Positions 10,101-20,000 of a stretch of 20,000 nucleotides of DNA are shown here, piece after piece. The translations under genes were made by a program, and so were the position numbers. How positions within the stretch are numbered: the first letter of the stretch is position 1; each line of letters starts with the position of its first letter. The notes beneath the pieces are model-generated. The model saw only the letters and a list, made by a program, of their open reading frames with translations. It ran no database searches and was not told the origin of the DNA. The DNA is from Sporopachydermia quercuum (Eukaryota), in contig BCGN01000010.1 of NCBI GenBank assembly GCA_001599295.1, positions 485,681 to 505,680 of the forward strand, given 5' to 3'.

Positions 10101-13100
10101 AACGTTAGAGAAAGCGAGGTCGGTAAATTTCTACCGGGCATTGCAATGCAAACCACCAAAAACTATTTAGCTCATGTGATGAAAGGTGGTAATACTGTTT
10201 TTGCCAGTAGGAAAGTAGCTCATCAAATGGCTCAGTTGTTGGTTTTCTCCTGTGATAGAATTCAAGCTCTACAAGAATCTGCTATGACCTGTGCTGATAA
10301 GTTTGTTAAATCTGTTCCATGGGTTCTTTGCTATGAAGAACCATTGTTTACATTGTTGGACTTACTTACCGTATTAGGCAAAGCGTGTATCAATTCACAT
10401 ACTGACAGATATGATCCTCAATGGGTATTCAAATCAGATGTTGCTGGAGTATCGTTGGTTATTTCTAACTCATTAGCGCGCAGAAAGGCAACATTAGCCG
10501 CGTTTTATAAGAAAAGCGCCCAATGGACCAAAATCGCTATTGGGAAAAGCCCTCATGATATTAAAGCTTTACTACAGCTATATACTAGCAGACAAAGAGC
10601 AGGTGAATTACATGGTGATTTAGAATTAGGTGTTTCTTTTGCTATGAGAATGGCTGGCACTGTTCCTAATAACGATCGTGAAATGCGTTCTGTGGTTCAA
10701 ACTGTTACTGGAGCAGACTTAGGGGATGGTGATGTCCTTTCGGGATTCTTAGCTCAATTATCTTGGAGAAGCAGCTTTAAGAACTCCGTTTTCCGGCAAA
10801 TGGTGGAAAACATGTCAGATAATCCCGGCAGTTTTGGCCAAGCAATTGGCTCGGAATTAGCTAAACTTTCGGAAATCTCAGCTCTAATCCGAACAAAGGC
10901 TAAGTTAGATCCTACCAGAGTATCTAATTTACTATATACATTATCAGGATTTGTTATTCTAACTGCATCTAATGCAAAGGCTAAAGCTATATCACCAGCA
11001 GCGTGTGAACTGGCGAGGAAAGTGGTTTTATTGCCCTTTGCTTCATTTACAACTCCAGCAGTGAAAGATGGTATTTCCGTATGGCAAGCAATTATGTCAG
11101 AACGACACGAATTACAGGATTTCATTCTTTCTGAGATTATCTCACATTTCCAGGACACTGTGAGGAATCAAATAGGGTTATTCTCCAGAAATTATGACCT
11201 TAGAGACACCGAGAACTGTCATATGGAGTATGCACCTTCTGATCAAGAGTCATTAGCAATCGATGGGAGAATAGTATCCAAAGCATTGAGACCACATCAT
11301 CATCTGATTCGTATGCTTGGTAGTCATTTCCAAGCGTGTGTGCATTCAAGTGATCATTTGCTCAAACTGTTTACTGGTTTACTTACCACTAGTTTACGGG
11401 GGCTTGTTTCCTCAGGATCATATCATCCATTTGCAAGAATAGTAAGATTTGAGCTTATTCAACTCGGCCTCACTGTTCTAGCTGTTCATACGCAGCTTGG
11501 AACGCGAGTCAGAGATCAATTAGCATGTCATATACTTGCTGCGGGACTTTCATGGTTCACCCATGCAAGACAACGATCGTACGGTGGAAATATGCTCAAG
11601 ATGAAAACAGATTTAGAGGCATTAGTTGAAGTTGGAGGGCTCGTTTCAAGGCTTGAACCTTTGGGAGTGAAATCGCGATATAAAGACCAAATTCTAAGTC
11701 AAAAGGAAGTCTTGCTTGCGTTTATTGCTGACGAGATTCTTACGTTAGAAGCATGGATCGAACCATTACAATCACGGGATAATAAACTGCAGAAAATAAG
11801 TATTGATCACGTATCAACAAGAATGGTTGATGTTTGCTGGGGAATCGATGCTAGATTAGCCACAAACTTAGTAGCTAGATATAGAAATTCAACGCTGGAA
11901 CGTCATATTGTATCATTGATTACCCGTGATCCTTTCAAAGCTGTCAATTGCCCTGGAAGTATTGAATTCTTACTTCAAAGTAATGATAGTAAAGCTATTG
12001 ATGCTTTGCTCTTCTGGCANGAAACTAATCCTTTGCAAGCCATTAATTTACTCCTACAACCATATTCTTCTAACGGTGTAGTTGTACAGTATGCTATGAG
12101 AAGTNTGGAAAGTCATGACGTAAATATAACTTTTTTTTATGTGCCTCAGATTGTTCAATGTTTACGATGTGATCCATTGGGTTATGTTGAAAGATTCATA
12201 TTGGAAACAGCTAATATCTCTCAATTGTTTGCTCATCAAATCATATGGAACATCAAAGCAAATGCTTATAAAGATGAAGATGGAGAAATACCTGATCCTA
12301 TTGAACCAACCTTCTCGAGAGTAGTTACTACTATGATTAGTTCATTCAGAGACCTTGACAAAAAGTTCTATGAAAAGGAGTTTCATTTCTTTGATACTGT
12401 CACTCAAATATCTGGATCTTTGAAGCCTTATATCAAGAAAACTAAAGCAGAAAAGAAAGTGAAGATTGATGAGGAGATGGCCAAAATTGAAGTAGAAGAA
12501 GGTGTTTATTTGCCTAGTAATCCTGATGGAGTTGTCATTGGAATTGATAGAAAATCGGGTAAACCATTACAGAGCCATGCAAAAGCGCCATTTCTTGCTA
12601 CGTTCAGGATTCGTAAAGAATATGTTGATAATAGAGTAGAAGAAGTTTACGAAGACGAGGAAGATGTTTCAGAACCCGGAAATGATAACAATGGAAATGG
12701 AAATGGTAATATCGGAAACAATAGCCTCTCGAGAGAAATAGGAGATAATACAGCAATATCGATACCAGATATCAAAAGGTCAAGTGTAGTAGATGTATGG
12801 CAATCGGCAATCTTCAAAGTAGGAGATGATTGTCGTCAAGACGTATTGGCTCTGCAAATTATCTCAGTTTTCAGATCTATATTCAATACATGTGGGTTGG
12901 ATTTATACGTCTTTCCCTACAGAGTTACCGCTACGGCACCAGGCTGTGGTGTCATTGATGTCCTACCAAACTCCGTGTCGCGTGANATGTTAGGTAGAGA
13001 GGCAGTTAATGGGTTATACCAGTATTTCACCACGAAATTCGGATCAGAAGATTCAATTGAGTATGAAAAGGCTCAAAGTAACTTTGTTAAATCATTGGCA

Positions 13101-13580
13101 GCTTATTCTGTTATTTCCTATTTGATTCAATTCAAGGATAGACATAATGGTAATATCATGTATGATGATCAAGGACATATTTTACATATTGATTTTGGAT
13201 TCTGTTTTGATATTGTTCCTGGTGGCGTTAAATTTGAAGCTGCACCTTTCAAACTTACACATGAAATGATGCAAGTTCTTGGTGGTAGTAGTAAAACTCA
13301 AGCTTTCCTGTGGTTTGAAGAATTATGTGTTAAAGCATTCTTAGCGGCAAGATCCCAATCTGAGACTATAATTCAGTGTGTCATACCAATGTTAGATAGT
13401 GGATTGCCTTGTTTTAAAGGTATAGCGACCGTTAAACGACTACGAAAGAGATTTGTTCCCCAGAAAACTGATAGAGAAGCTGCTGTTTTTATGAGAGGTT
13501 TAATTCGTAAGAGTATGGAGAGTATTTATACCAAGGGTTATGATGAATTCCAAAGATTGACTAATGGAATTCCATATTAA
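7148..13580 (+). CDS. STT4: Phosphatidylinositol 4-kinase type III alpha; exons 7148-7161 and 7343-13580 (about 2083 aa)
   Basis: Long helical solenoid, PIK helical domain (FFYVPQIVQCLR) and PI3/4-kinase domain (PLQSHAKAPF, AIFKVGDDCRQD, KDRHNGNIM, HIDFGF, C-terminal NGIPY). The ORF track start is a GTG; the spliced start is MDCFG|VPRGTIRSDALFRLA. Confidence 0.95.
7162..7342 (+). other. STT4 intron (181 nt)
   Basis: Donor GTACGT at 7162, non-canonical branch TATTAAC (7324-7330) or TACTGAT (7317-7323), acceptor CAG at 7340-7342. It joins ATG 7148 (context ACAATG) in frame to the long ORF, which has no ATG near its start. Confidence 0.85.
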
Positions 13581-14658
13581 TTCTATAAAGATGTTTTGGA
13601 AAGTACGTTGAGTATACGTATTACTTTGTAAGAGTATATTACATAAATGTATGTAGATTATGTAATTATACATAGTATTGTATTATAATATAAGTATGTG
13701 AGTTTTGATGCATAAAACTGGCCAATTGGAAATAATGGTTATCATTATATTATAAAAAGTAATCTAAACTGTATAGCTAGCTTATACTATGTTTGATGCA
13801 GTAGTTCATAAATTGTAATAGAAGCGAATAAAAGATGTAAAACTCGCCATAGAAACCACATTGCGAGAGACCTAACCTAACTACCAAACAACCGATTTGA
13901 GCAGTTCGATTTGAATTTCAACAAGTACTGTTTATTGACACATGAGAAATGAGCGAGCTTTCTTCAGAAGAGCTGATTATAAGATACTCACAATGTAAAG
14001 AATACATAACGTGTAGCTTATAATATGCGTCATCTCAATGAGTAGATGTACTTATTTTCCCACTGATCAGCTGAATGATCGTTCTTTCTCGGACCAGCAG
14101 ACTCTCTGATTAGAAACTATTTACTATAATTTATGATACTTTCAAATGATTATTCCTACTTGAAGNAATCCATAATACGAANACATATTAAGAACGATAG
14201 AGGTTAAGATTACACAATCAGATTACTAACTAACTAATTAACTGGTTAAATAACTAGCTATAAATAAATAAAACAATATAATTACATCAAAATAAGGTAG
14301 ATTACAGGGATAAGAGAAAGAGAAAAAAATCCTATCCTAACTAGGTCAATTAATAATGAAGCGATAGAACAAAAAAAAATGAAAAGTTAAAATTATATAT
14401 AATAAAATCAACAAAAAATAATAAAACTAATAATCAATTAATCATAACCCTCACCAAAAGCCTTATTCCCCAAGCCTTGAATCTATAATCAAACAAAATC
14501 TCCAAAAATGTTTCGAGTTTCTATGTTCTTTATCCTCTCTTTTCTTTGTTCCTGCTCTGCCTGATATGATGCTGTGTGCTTACCATGATATTCTGTCTTT
14601 GATCAAGACAATCAAGCATAATATATCTCTTCAACAGAAGCATTCTATAACATATCAT

Positions 14659-16815
14659 CTACCTAGATACTAAATAGCAATCGTCAGGTAACACTAATCT
14701 ACTAGGTTTTGTCGGAGATAAAGAAACTTGTAAACCATCAGCCATTGATTTCACTTTTCTTGGTGATCTGTTTAAACTCTTGCTAGGAGATTTTGGTTTA
14801 TCTATCCTTGATGTTGTCATAGATGGTAGGTTACTACCATTNTCAACAATCCCGCCAATACAAATATTCCTTTGTTTATGTCTCATTAGAGCATCATTTC
14901 TCGAGAAACTCTTACCACATTCGCAGAAACACTCTTTTGCTTGATGAATTTTCAAATGTCTTGTTAAGTCATGCTGTCGAACGAATCTCTTGTTGCAATA
15001 TATACAAGGGAAGGGCCTGTCGCATAAATGAGTTTGGACATGAGATCTAACGTTATATCTTCGAGTAAATGTTTTACCACAGTCATTGAATAAGCAAGTG
15101 TATTGTTTATTCTCATCAGGTCCTGCTACATATGTATCAATATGCCCTGGTGGTAAAGTAGATGCCTTTTTCACGTCAATTTTTGATTTATGGCTTGCCT
15201 GCAGTTTGATCATATCACTGATCTTGAATGAAGGGTTTGCCGATATCACAGGTGTCCATTCGACATTATTTGAGTTATTCAAATAAGCATGATCACTATT
15301 CCGGAGACCTTGTTCGTCGTTATCCTCATCTTCAGGGTCTTGCAAATNGTTAGCTTTTCCTGGGAAATAAAGATCTTCAAGTCTTGATGATTCTATTGAA
15401 TGTACGTCGATAGTATCTTCATTCCGGTTATCATTTGTGATGGCAGTGCGGGAATTATTCATACCATTCATTCTATCTGTTATAGTATTATTGCTACTTA
15501 GATTCCGATTGTTGTACTTACTAGAATTTTCATAGTTTTCTAGTAAAGAAGGATCTTTTGCTTCAAGAATCAAAGGTTCTGACCATTGCTCTGGGGAATA
15601 GGTATCATCGGTTATAGGAGAGTTACCATTGCTCAAGTTAGTGTTGCTTACGTTGCTAGCTGTAAACACACCTGAAGAGTTCGAATTAGTACCATCAGTC
15701 AAGCTTGGGGATATGTTGTAGAAAGAAGGTATTTGTATGTTGTAAAGCTCATCATTTATTTGAGTCATAGGATCAAGTGCTTCTTGTAAAGCATAGTCAA
15801 ATGATGGTTGTGAAGGATCAACTAATACATTAGCAATGCCTAAACCTAATGGGGGGCTTGGTTCACGTAATTGATGTTCAGGGATTGGTGGAGCAGGAGG
15901 AGGATTCAATTGCTGCTGCAGGAACTGTTGTGCAATATGGACCCGGGCATGCGCGGTAGCTTGTTGTTGGTCGTTTGAATGTGCTTGACGATTCATGGTA
16001 TTTGAGTCGCCGTTTGACCTCCCGGTAGCTATTTTTTGTTTCATCATCTGCCTCACTCTGTGAGCGTATTTTGATGGAGAAATTTGGACATTTTCATTCC
16101 CTGATTCTCCCNGACTCTCCTGATGATGAGTGTTCATATTTTGGTATGGTTTTGGTGATGGAAATTGGAAGCTTGCTGGAGGGGTTTTTATTATGAAGTC
16201 CTTGCTGGCTTTAGATAAAACAGAATTTTCCGCTTCATTATTGACATTTCCATTGTCATAACCGTTTGATGATCGTCTTAGCATTTGATCAATTGACGAT
16301 CGAAAATCTGATGACAATGTTAGCCCATTAGTTTCACTAAAACTCTTCTCTAGTGCTATATAAGCATCACTTGAGAATGATTGAGGCAAACCAAATATTC
16401 CTAATCCACTGGGTTTTTTTTTATGACCCTTGGTAAAAGATGGCTTCTGTGGCTTGGAATAAACCATAGGAAAACTAAGGTCTTGGAATTCTTCTAAAGT
16501 GCTGTTCAGAGCATTATCAAGCTTACTGTTGAAGTCCTGATGGAAGACATCATCGCCGTTATTTTTATCGTCAAAATTATCAGCAATAAAGGGAGAAAAT
16601 ACACCTTGATGTTTTTCCAGAATCGACTGAGGTGTCGGAATAGCTGTTTGTAAGGTGTTCATATATTTTCTTGGACTAGGAATTGTTTTATGTAATAGTT
16701 TTGGTGATATTTGCTGGTTTTCAAACTCAGCGTTTTTGACCTCTGGAGGAGAAATCCAAGGTGAAGAGTATTTTACTGTCTCGTTGACGATGGTTATATC
16801 AGGAACCGCTGACAT
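14659..16815 (-). CDS. ACE2: Ace2/Swi5-family C2H2 zinc-finger transcription factor (718 aa)
   Basis: LPPGHIDTYV followed by fingers CLFNDCGKTFTRRYNVRSHVQTH, CIYCNKRFVRQHDLTRHLKIH and CECGKSFSRNDALMRHKQRNICIGG, which is diagnostic of Ace2/Swi5. Also Cbk1 site HKKKPSGLGIFG (16408-16425), Cbk1 docking FQFP (16159-16170) and C-terminal CDK sites SPSK/SPRK/SPTK. Confidence 0.9.
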   Translation of the reverse strand: MSAVPDITIVNETVKYSSPWISPPEVKNAEFENQQISPKLLHKTIPSPRKYMNTLQTAIPTPQSILEKHQGVFSPFIADNFDDKNNGDDVFHQDFNSKLDNALNSTLEEFQDLSFPMVYSKPQKPSFTKGHKKKPSGLGIFGLPQSFSSDAYIALEKSFSETNGLTLSSDFRSSIDQMLRRSSNGYDNGNVNNEAENSVLSKASKDFIIKTPPASFQFPSPKPYQNMNTHHQESXGESGNENVQISPSKYAHRVRQMMKQKIATGRSNGDSNTMNRQAHSNDQQQATAHARVHIAQQFLQQQLNPPPAPPIPEHQLREPSPPLGLGIANVLVDPSQPSFDYALQEALDPMTQINDELYNIQIPSFYNISPSLTDGTNSNSSGVFTASNVSNTNLSNGNSPITDDTYSPEQWSEPLILEAKDPSLLENYENSSKYNNRNLSSNNTITDRMNGMNNSRTAITNDNRNEDTIDVHSIESSRLEDLYFPGKANXLQDPEDEDNDEQGLRNSDHAYLNNSNNVEWTPVISANPSFKISDMIKLQASHKSKIDVKKASTLPPGHIDTYVAGPDENKQYTCLFNDCGKTFTRRYNVRSHVQTHLCDRPFPCIYCNKRFVRQHDLTRHLKIHQAKECFCECGKSFSRNDALMRHKQRNICIGGIVXNGSNLPSMTTSRIDKPKSPSKSLNRSPRKVKSMADGLQVSLSPTKPSRLVLPDDCYLVSR

Positions 16816-17503
16816 CTTGATTGTTGATCTAGTTGCTTGTTTGCCTGTTTTGTTCTCCAGTAATTTTTATTCCAATTGAACGAATTGTTTGTATTGTAGG
16901 GCCAGCCTTGGGATTCTCTTGACCAGCAAGAGAATTGAGAACGTTCAATGTCTTTGAATGATAAATTTTNTTCACTATTCAGCAAAAAAGTTTATTTTGA
17001 TGAACAATTGATTCGAAGTATATTTGGAGGGCTGTTCGAGGAGGAATAAGAGAAAGAGTTGAAGATATTGTTNGTTTTTGCCGTAAGGCCAGGATGTTGT
17101 TGACTCTCAATAAACGTTTCCGATAGTCGTGATGGGATCAAATTCTTGATTGATAGTATTAGCTTATGCTGAAGCATAGGCTGTTGTATGAATATCTTTT
17201 TACTAATTATAGATGTTCCAATTATCAAATTTTTATTGTTCTTTAATAGATTCTAAGAAAAACAGTCAAAACTCTGCTACAGAACTATTTTGTTGATCGA
17301 CTTAGAGAAAAGAAAAGTAAAAGCAAACAAGGACAAACAAAAGAAAGTATGTCAATCAAAGAAATTTTACGTTTCCATATAATCAGGTGGAAATTGAGTA
17401 GTTCAAGTTCATTCTTTTCTTCATTATTTTTTACTTTATATGTTTATGGCATACATTACTATACAATTTCGTACTTAGCTTATCCGGTGATGACATCCTG
17501 TTA

Positions 17504-17519
17504 CTTCCCTTTAGGGTAA
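17504..17519. promoter_or_regulatory. Mcm1 (MADS-box) site upstream of ACE2
   Basis: CTTCCCTTTAGGGTAA = CC-N6-GG with TT/TAA flanks. ACE2/SWI5 are established Mcm1-Fkh2 (CLB2-cluster) targets. A forkhead-like TGTTTAT lies at 17441-17447. Confidence 0.6.
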
Positions 17520-17652
17520 AAACATATAACAAATCAAATGAAAAATCACTATGAGTTGCCAAATAGCTGTTGATTGAGTATTTTACACTGTATGATCCTT
17601 TTTTCTATGACATGTTGAATCTTTTTTACTTTCAAGGTGATTAAATTGAAAA

Positions 17653-17678
17653 TTTCTTGATTTGGGTAAATATAAATA
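17653..17678 (+). promoter_or_regulatory. Degenerate Mcm1 + forkhead composite element
   Basis: TTTCTTGATTTGGGTAAATATAAATA has a good GGTAA half-site and two RTAAAYA matches (one overlapping the half-site). The left half-site is degenerate. Confidence 0.4.
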
Positions 17679-17830
17679 TTTAACTAAATCTGGAGAATGC
17701 ATGTGATTCCATATGTCTGTCCAGAATATTTAAATGGGCGCTTGTCCTACAGAGAAAAACTATGAGGTTTCGGTTTAGTCATGTGATCTATATGGACATT
17801 TATAAGGGACAGGAACTTATTCTCCCACAT

Positions 17831-17842
17831 AAAAAATTTTTT
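17831..17842. promoter_or_regulatory. RRPE-like element in the BFR2 promoter
   Basis: AAAAAATTTTTT lies about 290 bp upstream of the BFR2 ATG, a similar distance to the TIF6 element. Confidence 0.5.
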
Positions 17843-18132
17843 GGTTTGTATGAGGAGGATTTTATTATGTAGATTTCTTGAATGAAACTGATTAGAGAGT
17901 TATCTTTCGTATCCTGAGATGTAGTTATTACTATTATTTGTCTGCCTAANGGAAAGAGAATGTTTCTGGCTATAAGTTTGATTGTTATTGGATTGGTGAA
18001 TGAANACTGATAAGGACTCCTGTCATTGTATAAATTTACGCGAAGTCAATGTTCAATCAATTAATAATAGTCCACAGTACTTATCAGTAAGAAGCAATTA
18101 GAAAGGTTGATAGTTATATAGGCAGCGACAAT

Positions 18133-19772
18133 ATGGGACTTTCATTGGCAGAACAAATTGCTACTCTCACAAAAACACCAGAAGGTATGTCTCACGTTTA
18201 GATAATGAATTTTTTATGGTGTATTTCAACAATTACTTTTTTTTTTGTATGGCTTACTAATAGCTGTTACTAGATTTTGATATCGAGAACGAAGGATTTG
18301 GTGATGGCGTTAGTGATGTGTTCCGTAAAAAAGGAGATGAAGCGCTGGTGAGAGATCATTACGTGAAAAGTGATAGGAGTAAACTGAGGCAGAACAATGC
18401 ATTGCTAGAGAGTGAGAAATATAAAGGAAAAAGATCAAGTAGGAAAGAATTGTTTGGGGAAGAGCACAAGGAAGAGGAAGAGGAAGAAGAAGAAGAAAAC
18501 TCTGAAGGCATAAGCATAGATGAACTACACTCGGACGACCAGGAGGAAGATGATAATGACTCGGCAACCAGTGAGGATGATGATGAAGATAAGTATGACG
18601 CTAGTAATAACAGAAGCTTATCAGATAAGAATACAGAGACTAATGGAAATAGCAAACGGTCAAAAGTGTTAGAGCTTTTGAAAAGAGAGAAGCATTCTGT
18701 AACTAAGAGAATCAATGATACTTTAAGAATAGAAGCAGTGAAAGGGTTCAAAATTCAAAGACAACAAGCTTTCTTTGATGGTTTAGTTGATTCGCGAATT
18801 TCTTTTCAGAAAGCAGTTACTGAAGCAAATAAGCTACCAATCAGCAAAGAAATCACAAATAGCTTGATTGAATCTGATTGGGCCGGAATAAAAGGTGGAA
18901 AGAGGGCTCTGCTCGGTTTACTGAATGAAATAACTCAGGCAAGAAAAGAAGTCATGATACACGATAAGATATTTTCCAAACAGGACAAAATAGAGACTGG
19001 TAAGGTGAAATCTCTAGAAACAGCCCTCAATGCCTGCGATGTGTTAGATAAAAAATTAGAAGCGTACAGAGAAGTTATTTTAACCAANTGGTCAGCAAAA
19101 GTTCAATCAGCATCAGGGTTAACTGCCTTACAATCGAATAAATTCAAAGCTATCAATCAAAATGCAGCATTACAAGTCACATCAAATCTTGCTGATATTG
19201 ATAGACTAATAGAAAGAACTCAATTGAACAGATCTTCTGTCACACCTTTAGGATATGTCGAAGATACTGAAAAGGCTAATAATAAAGAAGATAGTACCAA
19301 GAAGGTCTTAAAGGATACCACCGCTAAAGAGCAACTTCCATATATATTTGATGATTCTGATTTCTATAGATTACAACTTCGTGAATTTGTTGATAGAAAA
19401 GTCAATCAGTCATCAGTTGAAGGTACTCAGTTTAAGATAGCCAAATCTAAATTGAAGAAGAATGTGGATACCAAAGCATCAAAAGGTAGAAAGCTTAGAT
19501 TCCACGTCCAAGAAAAACTGGAGAACTTCGAGGCACCAAGAGACGAGTTCACGTGGAATGAAGATCAAATTGATGAATTGTTTAGTGGTTTATTAGGAAG
19601 AAGAATTCAACTGGGTGACGATTCTGGAAGTTCTGGTAGTGAGTCAAATGATGAGAATAGCAGTGATAATGAGAATGATAATAAGACTGAAAATGGAAAT
19701 GGAAATGGAAATGAAGAGATCTCAACAGATGAAAGTGAAGTAGAACCTCAAGGTTTGAAGATTTTCGGTTAA
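18133..19772 (+). CDS. BFR2: Bfr2/AATF SSU processome component; exons 18133-18184 and 18274-19772 (516 aa)
   Basis: The spliced N-terminus MGLSLAEQIATLTKTPE|DFDIEN resembles yeast Bfr2 (SLADQI...DFDIE). Acidic tract, AATF domain (LVDSRISFQKAV, WSAKVQSASG) and TRAUB domain (IFDDSDFYRLQLREFV, VDTKASKGRKLRFHVQEKLENFEAP, IDELFSGLLG). C-terminus GLKIFG. Confidence 0.93.
18185..18273 (+). other. BFR2 intron (89 nt)
   Basis: Donor GTATGT, poly-T tract, branch TACTAAT (18255-18261), acceptor TAG at 18271-18273. This phase-1 junction is in frame with the 18318 ORF. Confidence 0.9.
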
Positions 19773-19953
19773 AAATATCTCAGGATTTTATGTATTATAT
19801 TTTTAAGAGTAAGTAACTATCATTTTCTGATATCTAGTCTGATGCCATTAGATACCCTTTTCCATGGTATTTTGCGCCAATCGTTCTCAGTTGTTGATTC
19901 AATCCACCAAGGTTTAGTAAATCAAAGGCTTCAATGATTTCCAAGTATTTAAT

Positions 19954-19989
19954 TTAATCAAATGGCATTAATCAAATGGAATTAATCAA
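19954..19989. repeat. 14-bp tandem repeat, about 2.6 copies
   Basis: TTAATCAAATGGCA TTAATCAAATGGAA TTAATCAA. Confidence 0.75.
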
Positions 19990-20000
19990 TTCTCTGTGTT

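Noticed and set aside
13843..14110. Possible structured ncRNA between STT4 and ACE2 (short hairpins such as CTCGC...GCGAG)
   Set aside because: Stems are short and imperfect, with no tRNA, snoRNA or snRNA signature.
19820..19953. Coding-looking minus-strand frames downstream of BFR2
   Set aside because: Both frames are about 35-40 codons, are closed by upstream stops, have no ATG near their 5' ends or clear splice acceptor, and show no recognisable homology.
1..20000. Alternative yeast genetic code (CUG-Ser or CUG-Ala)
   Set aside because: CTG sits at conserved Leu positions: TIF6 YCLVA, QVPLVAG and GNLRD; HSP104 SKLIG and QVLDDG; CAB5 GTLNR.

Overview
AT-rich nuclear DNA from a budding yeast (Saccharomycotina-like). 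It uses the standard genetic code (CTG falls at conserved Leu positions) and has several introns with degenerate splice signals. Six genes are present: the 3' part of dephospho-CoA kinase CAB5 (+), HSP104 (+) with a long phased heat-shock element, TIF6/eIF6 (-) in three exons including an 18-nt first coding segment and a 17-nt micro-exon, PI 4-kinase STT4 (+, one intron), an ACE2/SWI5-family C2H2 factor (-) with an upstream Mcm1/forkhead element, and BFR2/AATF (+, one intron). The ORF track misses the true starts of TIF6, STT4 and BFR2, which I rebuilt from splice signals. No mobile element, tRNA, rRNA or CRISPR array was seen. The most unusual signals are: (1) a dense CGGA/TCCG cluster inside STT4 built largely from CpG-containing synonymous codons; (2) a stop-free STT4 intron whose retained frame encodes a hydrophobic peptide and ends in a Ty1-like CTT-AGG-A +1 slip site leading into the STT4 frame; (3) an ATG-depleted region upstream of ACE2 with a single hairpin-embedded upstream ATG; (4) branch-adjacent decoy AGs in both ribosome-biogenesis genes. 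All four are hypotheses that need testing. Homolog comparisons are from memory, not from database searches.
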